From positions 10,602,001-10,666,000 of the forward strand of contig CM120642.1 of NCBI GenBank assembly GCA_051362555.1: 64,000 bases of DNA, in the 5' to 3' direction. Both the position numbers and the translations under genes were made by a program. Positions 26,801 through 39,600 of the stretch are shown one piece after another. Source of the stretch: Lingula anatina. Its lineage: Eukaryota > Animalia > Brachiopoda. The notes beneath the pieces are model-generated. The model was not told the origin of the DNA and did no database searches. It saw only the letters and a list, made by a program, of their open reading frames with translations. Positions within the stretch are counted from its first letter, which is position 1; each line of letters starts with the position of its first letter.

Positions 26801-29800
26801 TGCAAAGAAACAAGCAAACACTAAAAGTGCATAGTTACTTAGAAGACTACAAAATTTATAAAGATTAAGAGTCATCCATATACAGTAAATGATACTATTT
26901 ACAAAGTTTGAATCTGCTACGAAACTTGTATTACCTGTGTCTTTTAAGATGACAAGGACATATTTTTGTTACGGATGTTTCATATGACATATACAGCTCC
27001 TCTTTGTCTGAAAATGACCTTGCATGCTATGTCTGAGATTCTGAACAATTGAAACATGAGAAACCACAATGAAAGTCCCACAGATGGTGGACTGTCTTAA
27101 TTGAAAGTCTAGTATAACAGATTCAAACAAATTGTAAATCTAAACAATGTGAAGAATAAACATTATTCCATAACTCTCAAAGTTCTCTTAAACATAATGT
27201 CTTATTACCTCCTGTGCCTTGGGATGGACTGGTCCATTATTATACATTTCACTGAGCACTTGCATCTCACCTTCATAGAACCTGGTGCAGTCCTCTAAGG
27301 CGCCATCTTGGAGCCTTTGGATGAAGGCATCCCAACGACTAGGGATCTGGAGATGAAATAAAGTAAAGTACTGCTTTAATTAGTGTGGAAGCAATGCCTA
27401 AGACTTGGCAAGGTTTTCACAAGATAGTTTGTGAAATATTCATTTAGATTTGGGTGTACAAACCAGTTACAGAAAGTCCATGTGCTGACAAAAAAGTGTT
27501 ATGAATGACAATGTTGTAGTAAAATAAACTGTTTTAGGTTTCACTGTAGGGTGCCGTCTTATTACAAAATGATGTAATTAATGGTATCTCTGGAGCCACA
27601 AGATAAACACATTCTTTTAATACATTGAATTGCATTTGGCTAAAAATATGACAGGAAAAAGTGTTTTACATAATTATCTAAACAGGTTGATTTCACTTGT
27701 GAGAATAGATAGCAAAAGACCAAAAATCCTATACAGAGTAATACAATATATGGGCTCTCAACGACATAATAATGTTACAATAATCTGATACTTACTGATG
27801 CCAAAGATCCTTCATTTGCTGCACTGACCAAGATTTCCAATAATGATGCAAGCTCAGGGCCAGTTATGGCTCTGTCTGGAAAAAAAATTTAAGGAAAAAA
27901 CAAAACTGAATACCTGATTATTAATATGTTAAAAAAAACACTATGATATATGATGACCATCTACCTAAAAGAATAAGACACATTAGATTGTAATATGAAC
28001 ATTTCCTTAATGTTGAACATAGATATGCTATTTACTTTTTTTGCTTAATTAGTTAGTAAATTGTATAAATTTTGATATTTAATATCTTTAAAAAATTACT
28101 GTGTAAGTCCACTGTATCACTATGGCTATTTTTCCAAAAAATATCATATATAACAAAGTACCATTCTTTTCTTTGGGTTGTATTCCTGATTTGATTTTCT
28201 CTCTTAAAGCATCTCTTTCCTCTTTGTACTCCTGTGTAAGTTCATCCTCAGCAGCCTACAAATTTAAAGTTACTTTTTGATATCTTCAAAATCAAAATTA
28301 AAATTATCACATCACCTTATCTTGAACAGGCATACATCTGTCCTAAAATTATTGCCAGACTGTTTGAAAATATAAAACAATACCTTAGATAAGTCTATGA
28401 GAAGCTGTTTCTTTGTTGCTGGCAGGAACATAGTGTGGCAATCCACAGACTTGAATATACCTAGCACAAAAATATCAACAAATTTTATTTATGGAAAACT
28501 ATACTGACTGTATTTCATTGTTTATATACTTTGTTGTCTGCAAATAATTTTGAATAACAGAACATTAACAGTTATGACATTCCAAAACAAGGATATACAT
28601 ATTTTTTATTAATTTATGTAGTATAATACAATCAGAAACAAAAATTCACTGAAAATATAAACATTTAGCAAAATGTTCTTTTTGCTGTCAAAGAGTTATC
28701 TCATTACGTTCTCAATTGGCTGTCACCTTTCAGACTGATTTCATATTCCTCATTCTCTCTTGTATGTGTCTCCATAAGACGATGGAGCCATTCTTTTGGA
28801 CTTTCCTTATTCTCTGTTACTTGAAAAAAATCTTGAACAACCTAGAACAAAGACCATAACAATACATTATGTTTTTTTAAACAATAAAAAAAATCCACAT
28901 CGTTTGGCAAAATGCATTCTCTAATAAGAAGGTAGCTATATATTCAGCACCTAACAAAATTTGAGAAACAGGAAGAAAGTTGACCTTATTTCTAATCAGA
29001 TATGTAACAAATGTTTTAAAATACATTAAAAAACTTTGAGTGACAAAATAAGACAACACAAGCAGGTCTTATTTTATTGATATTAAACAAGGACTTAAAT
29101 GCAAACCACAGATCATGTGTAAGATACAATATTAAAAACACTTAAAAACACTCACCCAAAGTAATGGGGGGAAACTAAGCAAATCATGGTTGAAATCATC
29201 AGTCCATTTGGTCTTTGACAACTGTGCCCCTAAGGCAAAAAGCTGAAAATAAATCCCTCTCTTGTGTATATCTCAGTTAAGGTATAGAAACACATTCATC
29301 AAAATTAGTGCTTAAATAAACTAGTATATTAAGAATTGCAGATGTGGTCTAGTGCATAAAATTCTACTTGTCAGAGATTAAGAACAGAGAACATAAATGT
29401 ACCATAGTTTACTGGAATCGACAAATAAATGCTGTTTGTTAATCCAGGTAGGCACTGTTAATTACCAGCTGTTTGAAGTGACATTGGCTTAGTTATAGCT
29501 TGGTGTACCTGTGTTCTTCTGGCCAGTAGTTCCAGATAGTCAATATCAGACTGATCAATGATCTTCACAGAGTTGTATACTAGATAGCTGCTGAGTAGAG
29601 TTGCCACAGCAAATACTTTAGCATCATAATTCTCCGAGACATTGTTGGCAGCAAATCCCTCGGTATCCAAAAATATTAGAGAGAGCTTCTGTCCATCTTC
29701 TTTGGTTATTTCTAGTGGCTAGAAAAATAATAAAGGAAAAATTAAGAACAGATACAAATGTACAGATCACAAATAATCTTATTTTGAGTTAACACTTAAC

Positions 29801-32800
29801 TGATGCCAATTATACATAATTACATAACAAAGATCAAATATTATTACTGTACCCTTCCCCACATCCAGATCCCCATAGTCTGTGGAGTGACATAGGGTCC
29901 TACACCAAAGCCATTGGATTTTCCCATCAGTTGGTTCAAAAGGAAAGATTTCCCAGTATGAAATTTGCCAACAACTGCAACTGTAGCAACCGACCCCTCA
30001 ATCCGTTGTAACATCTGAAAGATCATCACACTTCAAGTAAGCAATTGCAATACCAGCGTTTGACACTCGCACTCGCCAGCTCGCCAATGCGAGTTTAAAT
30101 TAAATCTGGCGAGTGAAAATTATGGTGCAAGTCGCCATTTTGGCGATTTATGTCAACTTACTGTGTTAAGTTTATCGGCAAAATTTAGACTCAATTTAAG
30201 TCCGACTCGTATGCCAAAATTTACAGGGAAGTTCATGGGATTACCCTTACTGCTAACCTCGTTTTCACTCTCATAATCGTGATTGCTTGAAGTTGGGGAA
30301 TTCCGTAATGACGTATTCACAGTCTCGCTGTCGTTTTTGAAAGCATCTAGCTTTCGTTTGCGCGCCGGGTTTTGACGAAGTATAGGAAATGCTGTCTGTT
30401 TCGTTTCACTTATATATTACGTCTTGCGATTTTGCGCAGTTGACGCTTCCGGGAGAAAACGTGATGCACGTGGATCATCAAGCTGCATGGAGAAGTTTTT
30501 AAACAATTCAAAACGCCAAGTAGAAGAGACTGAGAGTGAGAGCGTCGCAGAATCGGCTTCAACTTGAAGTGGTAAGTAAACAAAATCAAAGCAGAAACGA
30601 ACTAATAGTCTGAGCTCTTTAACCCAACGCATGTTTTTGACGTTTTCTGATTTTTTTTCCTGAGCGGAACAAAAAAAAAAAAAAAAAAAAGGGGGGGGGA
30701 GGGGGTTAAATGCGTGCGACGTGCAACGTGTGTAGGGTACGAGAACTTGAATTACCTAGCGCACGCTATTACAGTACAGTGCAATACTATACAAATAATA
30801 CAAAATAATGAATTTTATTTCAACTCGGATACAATTGAATCTTTTAACAATCTCGTTAGGTTTTCAGCAGTTCACCGACTGCATCTCCGTCAGTGCGACT
30901 TACGGAGTTCACCCTGAATATCACAAGTTCTCTAATAATGATAGCAGGGGCGGATCCAGATATATTTTCTGACAGTCTTCCAAATTATCTTTGTTGATCC
31001 ATTCTCCATTTTTGACCATCTTCCGACAGAAAACATTAGATGCCCGGCAATGTAAACTTGAAAATCTGACCGTCTTCCGGAAGACCCAGAAGACGCCCTA
31101 AATCCGCCCCTGCTATGATAGTGCTTAATTTAACCTCATTTTAATATTTATTTTGAAACGAGTATTTCTATATATATATTTATTAAGACCCCATATCTGA
31201 ATGGTCTACTTGTTTGTCCCAATTGTTGATTTTAACGTTGTTAAATGTTTAGCTCTTTATCACATGTACCAGTAATTGATTATGTCTGACTCAATGATTG
31301 TGTTGGCAGTCTTTAATAAACTTGACACTTAAAAATTGCAGGTACCAAACCAAAAACACCAAGAATTGTAAAAAGGGATGCAGTGACAGTGATGTGGGGT
31401 TTGATGACTGTTATAGTGATTCAGATGAAGACAATGAAATGACTGAGAAGGATGTGGAGCAGTTTTTAAGACAAAATTGATCTTTATACTGACTTTTATC
31501 TCTTCATCGGTATCAGGACAATTTCACCCCGGCCGATTCCCCCAAAAAATATATATATTTATGTACAAATATATAGTAAAGAGCATGAAGCTTAAATCCT
31601 TGCATCTATTGTATGAATATTTCTTGGTGTGATGATGCAACTTAAAGATACAAAATATAAATTTCATTAAACAAATTATGTTCACGGAGTACAAGTTCAG
31701 AAAACTTTAGAAATATAAGTACAGAAAATTTTATTAAAAATCTAATTAAAGTATCTCTAGGTAAAGTGGGGTAAATAAATATGAATATTTATGTTAAATT
31801 TAGATTAGAATGTGCAAAATCTGTAGACTAAAGAATAAACACAGTTCTAGGTTTAAAAAAGGTTTTTAATTTTTTTTCTTTATTTGCATATGATAACATC
31901 TCCATCATGAGTCATTACCACATGGCCTGCACTTTGAATATTTGGCCAGTAACTTCGTAATAAAGCTGGCCAAACTCTGGCTTGTGCATTTTCGGTTTGT
32001 CCAGTAACTTTCAGAGCACACTGGCCAAATTGGCCTGTACTATTTCAAACAAAGGTCAAACACTGCAATACAGTACTGGTACACCTAGATGTGCCCATAG
32101 CAGTGGACAACATCAATCAAGAGTTACAGGTAAACATGTAGGCGTTTGGTAATTGCTGTTTTCGCTTTACTTATTTCATTTGTACTGTATCACAATACCG
32201 ATTTTTTTATATAATCAACTATACAGGTGCGTTGGGGTTCAATTTATCAAACTGCAGTGTATCTGGACATAAATGATCATAAGCTTGGTAGCTGGATCAT
32301 ATATGATAATTACTTAACACAGGGTGAAAATAATTTCATATGGTAATGGTTATATGTTCCCTAACAAGCACAGGTAACTTGTGTAAGTACTAACCTTGAA
32401 GTTTTCCTCAACTACCTCCAGAGTCTTATGATCTTGTCCTGGCCTCACTAACTGCAATGGTTGGTCAGGGAAATTTTCTCTTGAGTGCCACTGTGGATGC
32501 CACCTGTCTGAAAACCAATGTTACCTATCACACCTACATGTACAATGTACATGTAACTCAACAGCTCAAGCTAGCACTGGTTGCAGTTGCATAAAAATTG
32601 ATAGATTTGCTCTCCTGTATTGTATATGGTTTCTAATGTGTACTGTTTGCGCAAACAGCACATATCAGAAAACGTCAACAGACATGCTTATGCATAAAAC
32701 TGTGCCTACATGTACATTGTATTAGTTATGGTTCCTAGTTGCGATCTAGTGAAACCAGAAGAAAGCAGAAAACGAGTAGGCAAGCTAATAGGAAGTATAG

Positions 32801-32929
32801 AAAGAAGGTCAAATTACCTTCTTTATTATTTTGTGGTCCATCGTCAGCATTACTTCCCTGTTTATGTCCTGAAAAAGCTGAAAATAACAGTAGAATTAAA
32901 ATTTCATGCTTCTTTGTGGGCGCCGCCAT
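17831..32929 (-). CDS. Guanylate-binding-protein (GBP/atlastin superfamily) large GTPase-like protein, ~807 aa, with putative signal peptide
   Basis: 21 phase-consistent exons: 32818-32929, 32395-32507, 29853-30014, 29509-29718, 29156-29242, 28727-28841, 28384-28460, 28162-28255, 27796-27875, 27209-27346, 26397-26455, 25919-26048, 24917-25081, 24590-24680, 24302-24399, 23925-23993, 19699-19773, 19220-19305, 18855-18972, 18328-18474, 17831-18028 (2424 nt). GBP motifs: VAVVGKFHTGKSFLLNQL (P-loop), TMGIWMW, LDTEG, LLSSYLVYN, FPPLLWVVQDF, then a long helical C-terminal half. Confidence 0.9.
19928..23537 (+). mobile_element. Helentron-associated non-autonomous element (HINE/DINE-1-like) carrying a satellite array, in a GBP intron
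   Basis: 5' subterminal repeat attgtaccaccagc (19962-19975) is the perfect reverse complement of gctggtggtacaat (23522-23535). The latter also pairs locally with tgtaccgccagcg (23504-23516) as a 3' hairpin. GC-rich cgga/ccgg short repeats precede the 3' end and the flanks are A/T-rich. Confidence 0.75.
20118..22563. repeat. Tandem array of 146-bp units, about 17 copies
   Basis: AGGTCAAAGGTCA-type motif starts at 20121, 20265, 20411, 20557, 20703 ... 22455, with an exact 146-bp period from 20265. Confidence 0.97.
30054..32065 (+). mobile_element. Internally deleted DNA transposon (hAT-like CAG..CTG TIRs, 6-bp TSD) in GBP intron 2
   Basis: TIRs cagcgtttgac / gtcaaacactg (10/11 match), with CAATAC duplicated at 30048-30053 and 32066-32071. 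Subterminal tcgcca/tggcga and tggcca repeats. Possible relic exons MEKFLNNSKRQ...* (30487-30571, followed by GTAAGT) and an acidic terminal exon at 31342-31480. Confidence 0.7.
30945..31112. mobile_element. MITE with CAGGGGCGGAT TIRs nested in the larger transposon
   Basis: caggggcggat / atccgcccctg (11-bp perfect); ATGATAG occurs on both flanks as an imperfect TSD. Confidence 0.75.
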
Positions 32930-33050
32930 TTTTTTCATCCTGCACCACACTAGCCAATCAGAGAGTTCGTAACCAACAATTTTGATGGGATTCCCCTTGA
33001 GCCTCGTTTGGGGGAATAACCAAAGGCGTTGAACACGATAAGTCAGTCAG
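32930..33050. promoter_or_regulatory. Very compact bidirectional promoter shared by the GBP-like gene and PHPT1
   Basis: GBP ATG at 32929 (minus), CCAAT box agccaatcag at 32952-32961, and a plus-strand donor CAG|GTAAAT at 33050/33051 that can pair with acceptor TTGCAG (~33659) upstream of the PHPT1 ATG. Confidence 0.6.
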
Positions 33051-33688
33051 GTAAATCTTCACATGATACGGATGCATGTTGAGTGATTCCATATGCTCTT
33101 AGATGTTTGTTTAACCGATTGTTTTAGGGTCATATTAGTGAGGTTAAAATTGCTGAAACGCCGTGTTAGGCTTCTCTAAAGGTCAAAACACAACCGCCTC
33201 GGTGGTTCAGTTTCTGCCAGGCCTTTTGTCAGTCACATCCCATGCAATCAGTTAGCGCGTTGTTCGTTGCATCTCCCTCATAAATGCTTATATGGTGGTG
33301 CTCCACATTAGTCACCCAGTTTCAGAGAGTTCATGCTTCGTCAGTTAGAAGAACCCACTTGGCATGTCAAATGTAGGAACAGTGGATTTATCAGTTTAAA
33401 TACATTCCCTTTTTTCCTTTTTCGTGGAGTGCGCTTGTTCTTGTCGATCGCTGATTCATGTACTTAACGTTGTTCCATCGTGATCTGCAGTGGAAAGAGG
33501 AGTTGAGCTTTCAGGAGGAATTCAAGTGATAACTCATCTTACAGCTGTCTTTTGCTCTGGTAGCTGATTTAACCAAGGGAAGATAATCATATCTCCAAAT
33601 TATATATTAACTATTTTTGTCTTTAATTGTTGATCACTTTGTGTGATCTTAATTTGCAGCGCTGGGTCAGAATCACTCCTTCAAGAAC

Positions 33689-36600
33689 ATGCCTGGGACT
33701 GTAAAGACAGGCAATGCAAAGCTGGATGCTGTGGCAGATGTGGATATAGACCAGGGGAAGTTTAAGTATATTCTTATCAAAGTCCATGACCCGAACAAAG
33801 ACAGGGAATCCAAGTACATTGTCCGTGGTTACTCTCGAGCCGAATTTCATGGTAAGTTATATATATTAATGATGTGATATTGTGTTAGATGAGTTAATTC
33901 GTTAAGTTTGACATAATATTGGTTATGACAGTATTTGGGTATTATATATATATATTCAGTTAGTTGTGAACCCCTTTTTTAACTATAAAAATGTTAAATG
34001 TTAGAAAAAAGGTATTTTAACAAGTAAATTAATTATATTTTTTGAGTGGAATTCCATGTGCCATTGTATTTTGAACATAGATGGTTTATTTTAACCATTA
34101 ATCCAAAATAGATGTGACAATAATTAATACTTTGCATTTGGTGTTTTGGATTTTTTAAAGAGCTATATATTTATATTTTCACTCTTAAGTTTTATTTGAT
34201 TCATATGTACAGTTTACTTTAATGATCAATCAATATTGTATGATAAGAGAATTGACTGTTTCAGTGTTTCTGTATGTTTCAAGTTATCTAACTTATCATA
34301 TGTCTCAACCCAGTAGTCCAGAGAATTTCTCTATCATTCATTATTTTAATGTGTATACTTCATTAAGCCAAAGACATTTAACTTGTTAAGGTCAATTGAA
34401 CTTACAGTGATATATATGCTCCACTGCCTCTTCCCATAATTTGTTCACTTACAGCAAAACACAAGGCACTCTTATTAATATTATACAATTATTTAGAATG
34501 ACCAAAATATACAATGATTATTTTATTAAATTGTTAATTTAATTATTTTTACAACTCTTTTTCATTTGTTCTGTTGCACATTCACACCCACACTCACACA
34601 CATTGATTTCTTTTTTAGAAACTCTGTCCCCATCTCTTCAAATAAGCAATGTAAGTGGAACAAATCAACAGTGTTAAATTCCAATGTATTACTCATATGT
34701 TTTAATATTCCTTTAACAGTCTGAGTAAAGCAGGTACTTGTTTACCAATATTCATGTTAAAAATTGGAGGCAACAGTTCAGTTACTAACATCTCAGGTTA
34801 GCCCTAATTGTGGCTGATACATTTTAAATTGATACATTGCTGTATTTATATAGTGTTTAGAGTTAAACCACAGCGTCCAGTAATGTTTATGTTCATATAA
34901 ACTGTAGTGGAAGTTATTACCCAGATTTTAAAAGTGCACAGCTAGCAGACATTTTAGGAGGAAGTTACCCCTGTGTTAAAGATAAATCAATATGCGTGTG
35001 ATGGTTTTGACTTTCTCAAGGTGTTCTTTTATCAGAGATCGCCAGTTCCACCTCAGTGGTAGCCGAACTTGGCAACTTAGACAGATCTGCTTAATAAAAA
35101 AGATAAAACTTCATTGGGAACCTCAAATGTCATTTTGGCAGAGAGGTTATCCACCAAGGCCTAGCATGTGTGTCTGTCTGTTTACCTGGTATCACTTTTG
35201 CCTTGGATCCTCATTTGTCAGCAGGGAAATTTGAGGTATACTTTGATATATCTGTGCACTGGTAAATTCCCATGGTAAGAATGTACATTGAGGTTGAACA
35301 CAGGGTGATTTATTTTTATCCATTTTTCAGAGTTAAGTACAAGTACCTTTGTGAATACAGATAAGGATTTTGAAATGATGATCAATTAACTATCTGATAA
35401 CCAGCTGGGAAATTTGAGGAACAACCATTGGCAGATGCCAGAAATCTTTGAGTTGCTTGTAAAAGTACATGTTCTTTTAATGGTATTTTTTACATTGGAA
35501 TGTATAGCAACTATCTGATTTGCTACAAATAAGACTTTACCATTAAAAATGATTCTCATTTTTACAGAGGTTACACAGCTATAAAATATATGTCCAATAA
35601 AAAAACTTGACTGTTCTACGATACTGATACTGTTTCTTCTTCATTGCTTATCATGACAACCAGAACACAATGTGAAGTATTATTGTTAAAAGTCTGTGAA
35701 ACTTCCCAACACAATGTATGTATGTAGTGCACAAATGAAAGGCATTTTATGTTATTAAAGGATACAAAATGCTTGGTTGCTAAGTACCATGACCAACAGG
35801 AATCTAGGCATTTCTCTGATGTAAGTTTCTCTAGTTGCTCTTTGGAGCCAAGTCACAGATAAAAGCGACATTACTATTTTACTACTATCTTGCAAAGAAA
35901 GCTTGAAGTAGAAATGTGTACAACCTTCTGTTGGGCAAAAGCTGAAGTACAGGACCTGAAGGCCTACAATTGGCACAGTGAGTCTGACACTGCTGCCATG
36001 CAACCAGCTTGCCAACCTCCTAGAACACTTTCAGAGACCACAACTCTTCATTTTATTGAGGAAAAGTGCCATAAGTGCCATAAAGGGAATTTTCTTGGGG
36101 TAAACAACAGTTTTCTCATAATTACCAATAGTTAATGAATCCCTTCTGACATTCAAAGTTAATTGATTGGTTTAAAAAAAGAGCATGTTTTTAGGATCTA
36201 AGGGTAGCAATCAATGACGACCCATTATATCTCACAATATCCGAATATTATGATTAAAACTGCCAATTTGTTACATTTTTATGAATTGCTCACATTGTTT
36301 TGATTGTGGAATTTTGAGTCCCATGTGAAGAGTTGTCATCCCTTGAAGTTTGGATTATATATCTCGGGCTCATTCTTTGTGGTGTGTATTCTTTAAAACA
36401 TTGATCATTTTTGGAGAGCTTAATAGATATTACCATCACATTATTAGTCTAATTCCATAGGATGTCAGAATAAAAAGCCAAATATGCAATTGCCTTTTCA
36501 TCCTTGCCCTAGTGTGTGTGATATGACTGAAGTATAGTCTCCATGTAATTGATTTTGATACACTTTCTGCATATTAGTGTCATACAGGCAATGTTGATTG

Positions 36601-39600
36601 ATTTCGTTTGTTCATACATGAAGACATAAGGAATACTGGCTACTCAAGACCCAAGTGAAATGAAAATCTAAAAGTATTTTTTATTTTTTTTAATCACATG
36701 GTTTGGATGTTTATTTGAGAATGGTCTGATCCTTTTATGAAATATACATGTGTATACTTAAAGATTTTTCAATGCTTGTTTCAGATTTCACATACTGTGT
36801 AAAACCTCTTGTGGTGGTGTTTTTCATTCTAGATAATAAACTCCTGGGTATTTATATGAGATCATAAAATTACCTCTAGTCTAGTTGTCATTCATTTGCT
36901 AAAATGTTTTAAAATTTATCTTCAAATTTAGTAGCAAATTGTGTACAATAAAAGTATAAGGTATTGGTTTGAGTCTGTGGACACAGAACTGCCATATTTT
37001 AAAGTGATGCATATAACAATTAAATGCACTGCATATAGCAGTGCATGTTTTATCTTTTAATTTGTGCCTAGCATTTAAACAGAAGAACCACATGTATCTC
37101 ATTTAGACTTACAAATATAAGGTTCACTGCCAGGGTTTCAGACTTCCCTGCCTTTAGGGTAGAAAAAGAGCCCCGTGCTAATGCCCATCTACATTAGGAA
37201 TGTTTCTGGTGGCAATTTTTGTACCTGAAAACAATTAATCAAGAGTGGCATCAGCTTCCATATGTCTACCAAACTACTTGGCTGAGGATGATTAGAAGAG
37301 GCTTTATGTTCCTTAGAGAAGATTAGACTTAATTGAAGAAAAAAAGAATGATTTGAAGTTGGTAAAATTAAAAAATACAATATTGTGTTAATTAAAGTTG
37401 AAGTTATTTGAAGTTGAAGTTAGTTGAAGTTAGTAAAATTTAAATTTATTGTATTATATATAGATGCTATGAGATAAACTGGTAGTCATTATGTACATGT
37501 TTAGAAACACTGCTTTTAATTAAAGTGATTGGTAAATGCTCTTATAAATGTTTGGAGGGGGTGGCTTATGATACATGCCTGTAAGAAAAAGGGGAAGGAA
37601 AGAAGAAAGCACAACAAGAAAATGATTGAATTAAAGAATGATGATTCCACCAATATGTGTGGGTGCACTGCACAGTTATATGGTTTACTTTGAGGTTTGT
37701 AACTGCATAAAGCCCTATCAAAACCTCCTTAGTCAAGTCCATTTCCTGCTGGATTTTGTAGGCTTGCAAATGAGATTTTATATATACGGCTTCTTCACTG
37801 ATATTGTTGCTTTTATTTACAGATAATGTCCTTGCTGTATGGCCATAGCAATCTACAAATGTTTGTGTCTGAGTTTATAGTTGTCAGTACAATACAAGTA
37901 TAAATTCTTGCATTATTATGTACTCGTACAGCTGGAAAAAATTATGTTGATGGACATATTGGTAAATTTTGACTATAAGAAAAAAAATTATGGTAGAATC
38001 AAGGTGAAATGCATGCATTTATGTCTTCCAAGACTGAAGACATGAAATGCATGAGATGTGCCTTTACATATTCATAAATGCAGACATAAATTTCAAACAG
38101 AGCTACAGTCATGATGGTACCATGGCTCAGTCTCACATCAGAGGAAAAATTCTACATGGTGTGGGCATACAGTGTAAAATGATTTTCAAAATCATCAAGT
38201 ATATACTAGTACCTGTTAAATTTTCATGCAATTCAATTGATGAATATTTATTTCAAAGCTTTTTACATTTTTTTACATTTATTAATTAGATCATGTTTAT
38301 TTTACTAGCTGAAGTAAGTTTTTATTATGTTTAAGCAGACCTATTTTTCTTTGTGAAACCAGGGATATATAGGAATTAGATAACCAAAGTAGGGGAAATT
38401 TACCAATGTTTTTTTTTTGTAACATTATTGATTTCTTTTTGTATTTTTCCAAGATGTAAGAATTTTTTATTGAAAAGCTTATTAGTTCTGTGAAGTTCAT
38501 GAAATTTTTAAACAGCATTAATAACATGATCCTACAGTATCATGAGTATATTAAAATGCAACATCAAAACTACCCCAACAATTGAATAAATACAACAAAA
38601 ATATATGTAAAGGTGATGCTGATACATATTTAACACCAAAGTCTGATTAAAAGATTCGCAACAGCCAGTATATGATATCTGCACAGAGAAGCTAAGCACA
38701 GGAGCCTGAGATTTGCACCTGGGATTTACGAGGGAAATGGAAACATTTGTGTAAATAGCGTGGGTCTACCAGATGTAGACTGATGCCGCACAGGCTAACA
38801 TGCTGGATTAAAATACTGGTTATATCATAGACCGGTTGAAGAGTGTTGCAGAGCAAATTGTTTATATCTGACTGGTAAAAAAAAAGGGGAGGGAAAGGTA
38901 TACCTCGGAGGGATGAGCACCACATGGCAAAATCATACACAGACTCAGATTGTACGACTGTCTGTAGAATGTGTGCAATTTAGTAAGAACTATTTTTCCT
39001 GAATAATTAATTGAATGCTTGAGGCGGAGCACTGGTTGATCCCATAAGTGTACTTGTGTCTGGTGGATAAGATCTTCATCATGTACTGGTAGACACTTCA
39101 GTATGTTCTGCTTGCTAAGAACTCAATATTTATTTATGTTATGTAGAAGGTTTGTAATTACGAGCGAGTATTTACTTTTTGCCATTTTATCTCACTAATA
39201 CCTTTTATTAATGTGAACTGTAAAGCACTATATGCCAAACTACGCTCTTTCTCTTTTATTACCATATACCAGTGTACAGTACCAAATAGGTACCATGCAT
39301 CAAGCATTATGTAACATATCCCAGACCTTTCATACTATAAATGTATGCACCATACTTTACCATAATGTACCCCTTTGGCATCTATATGCACCACACATTG
39401 TCACACTGTACTGATATCATTAGTGATTTTGTACCATACCATTACATGATCGATATACCATTTGAAATTTCATCATACCATTTTGAGCCAATCCAACCCA
39501 TCTTTAATATATACAATTTATCATGCCATTGCAAAGCAATTAATTACTAAATTTCACTGGGTGCAATAATTCAACACTTTGTGACATTGATTGAATTTGC

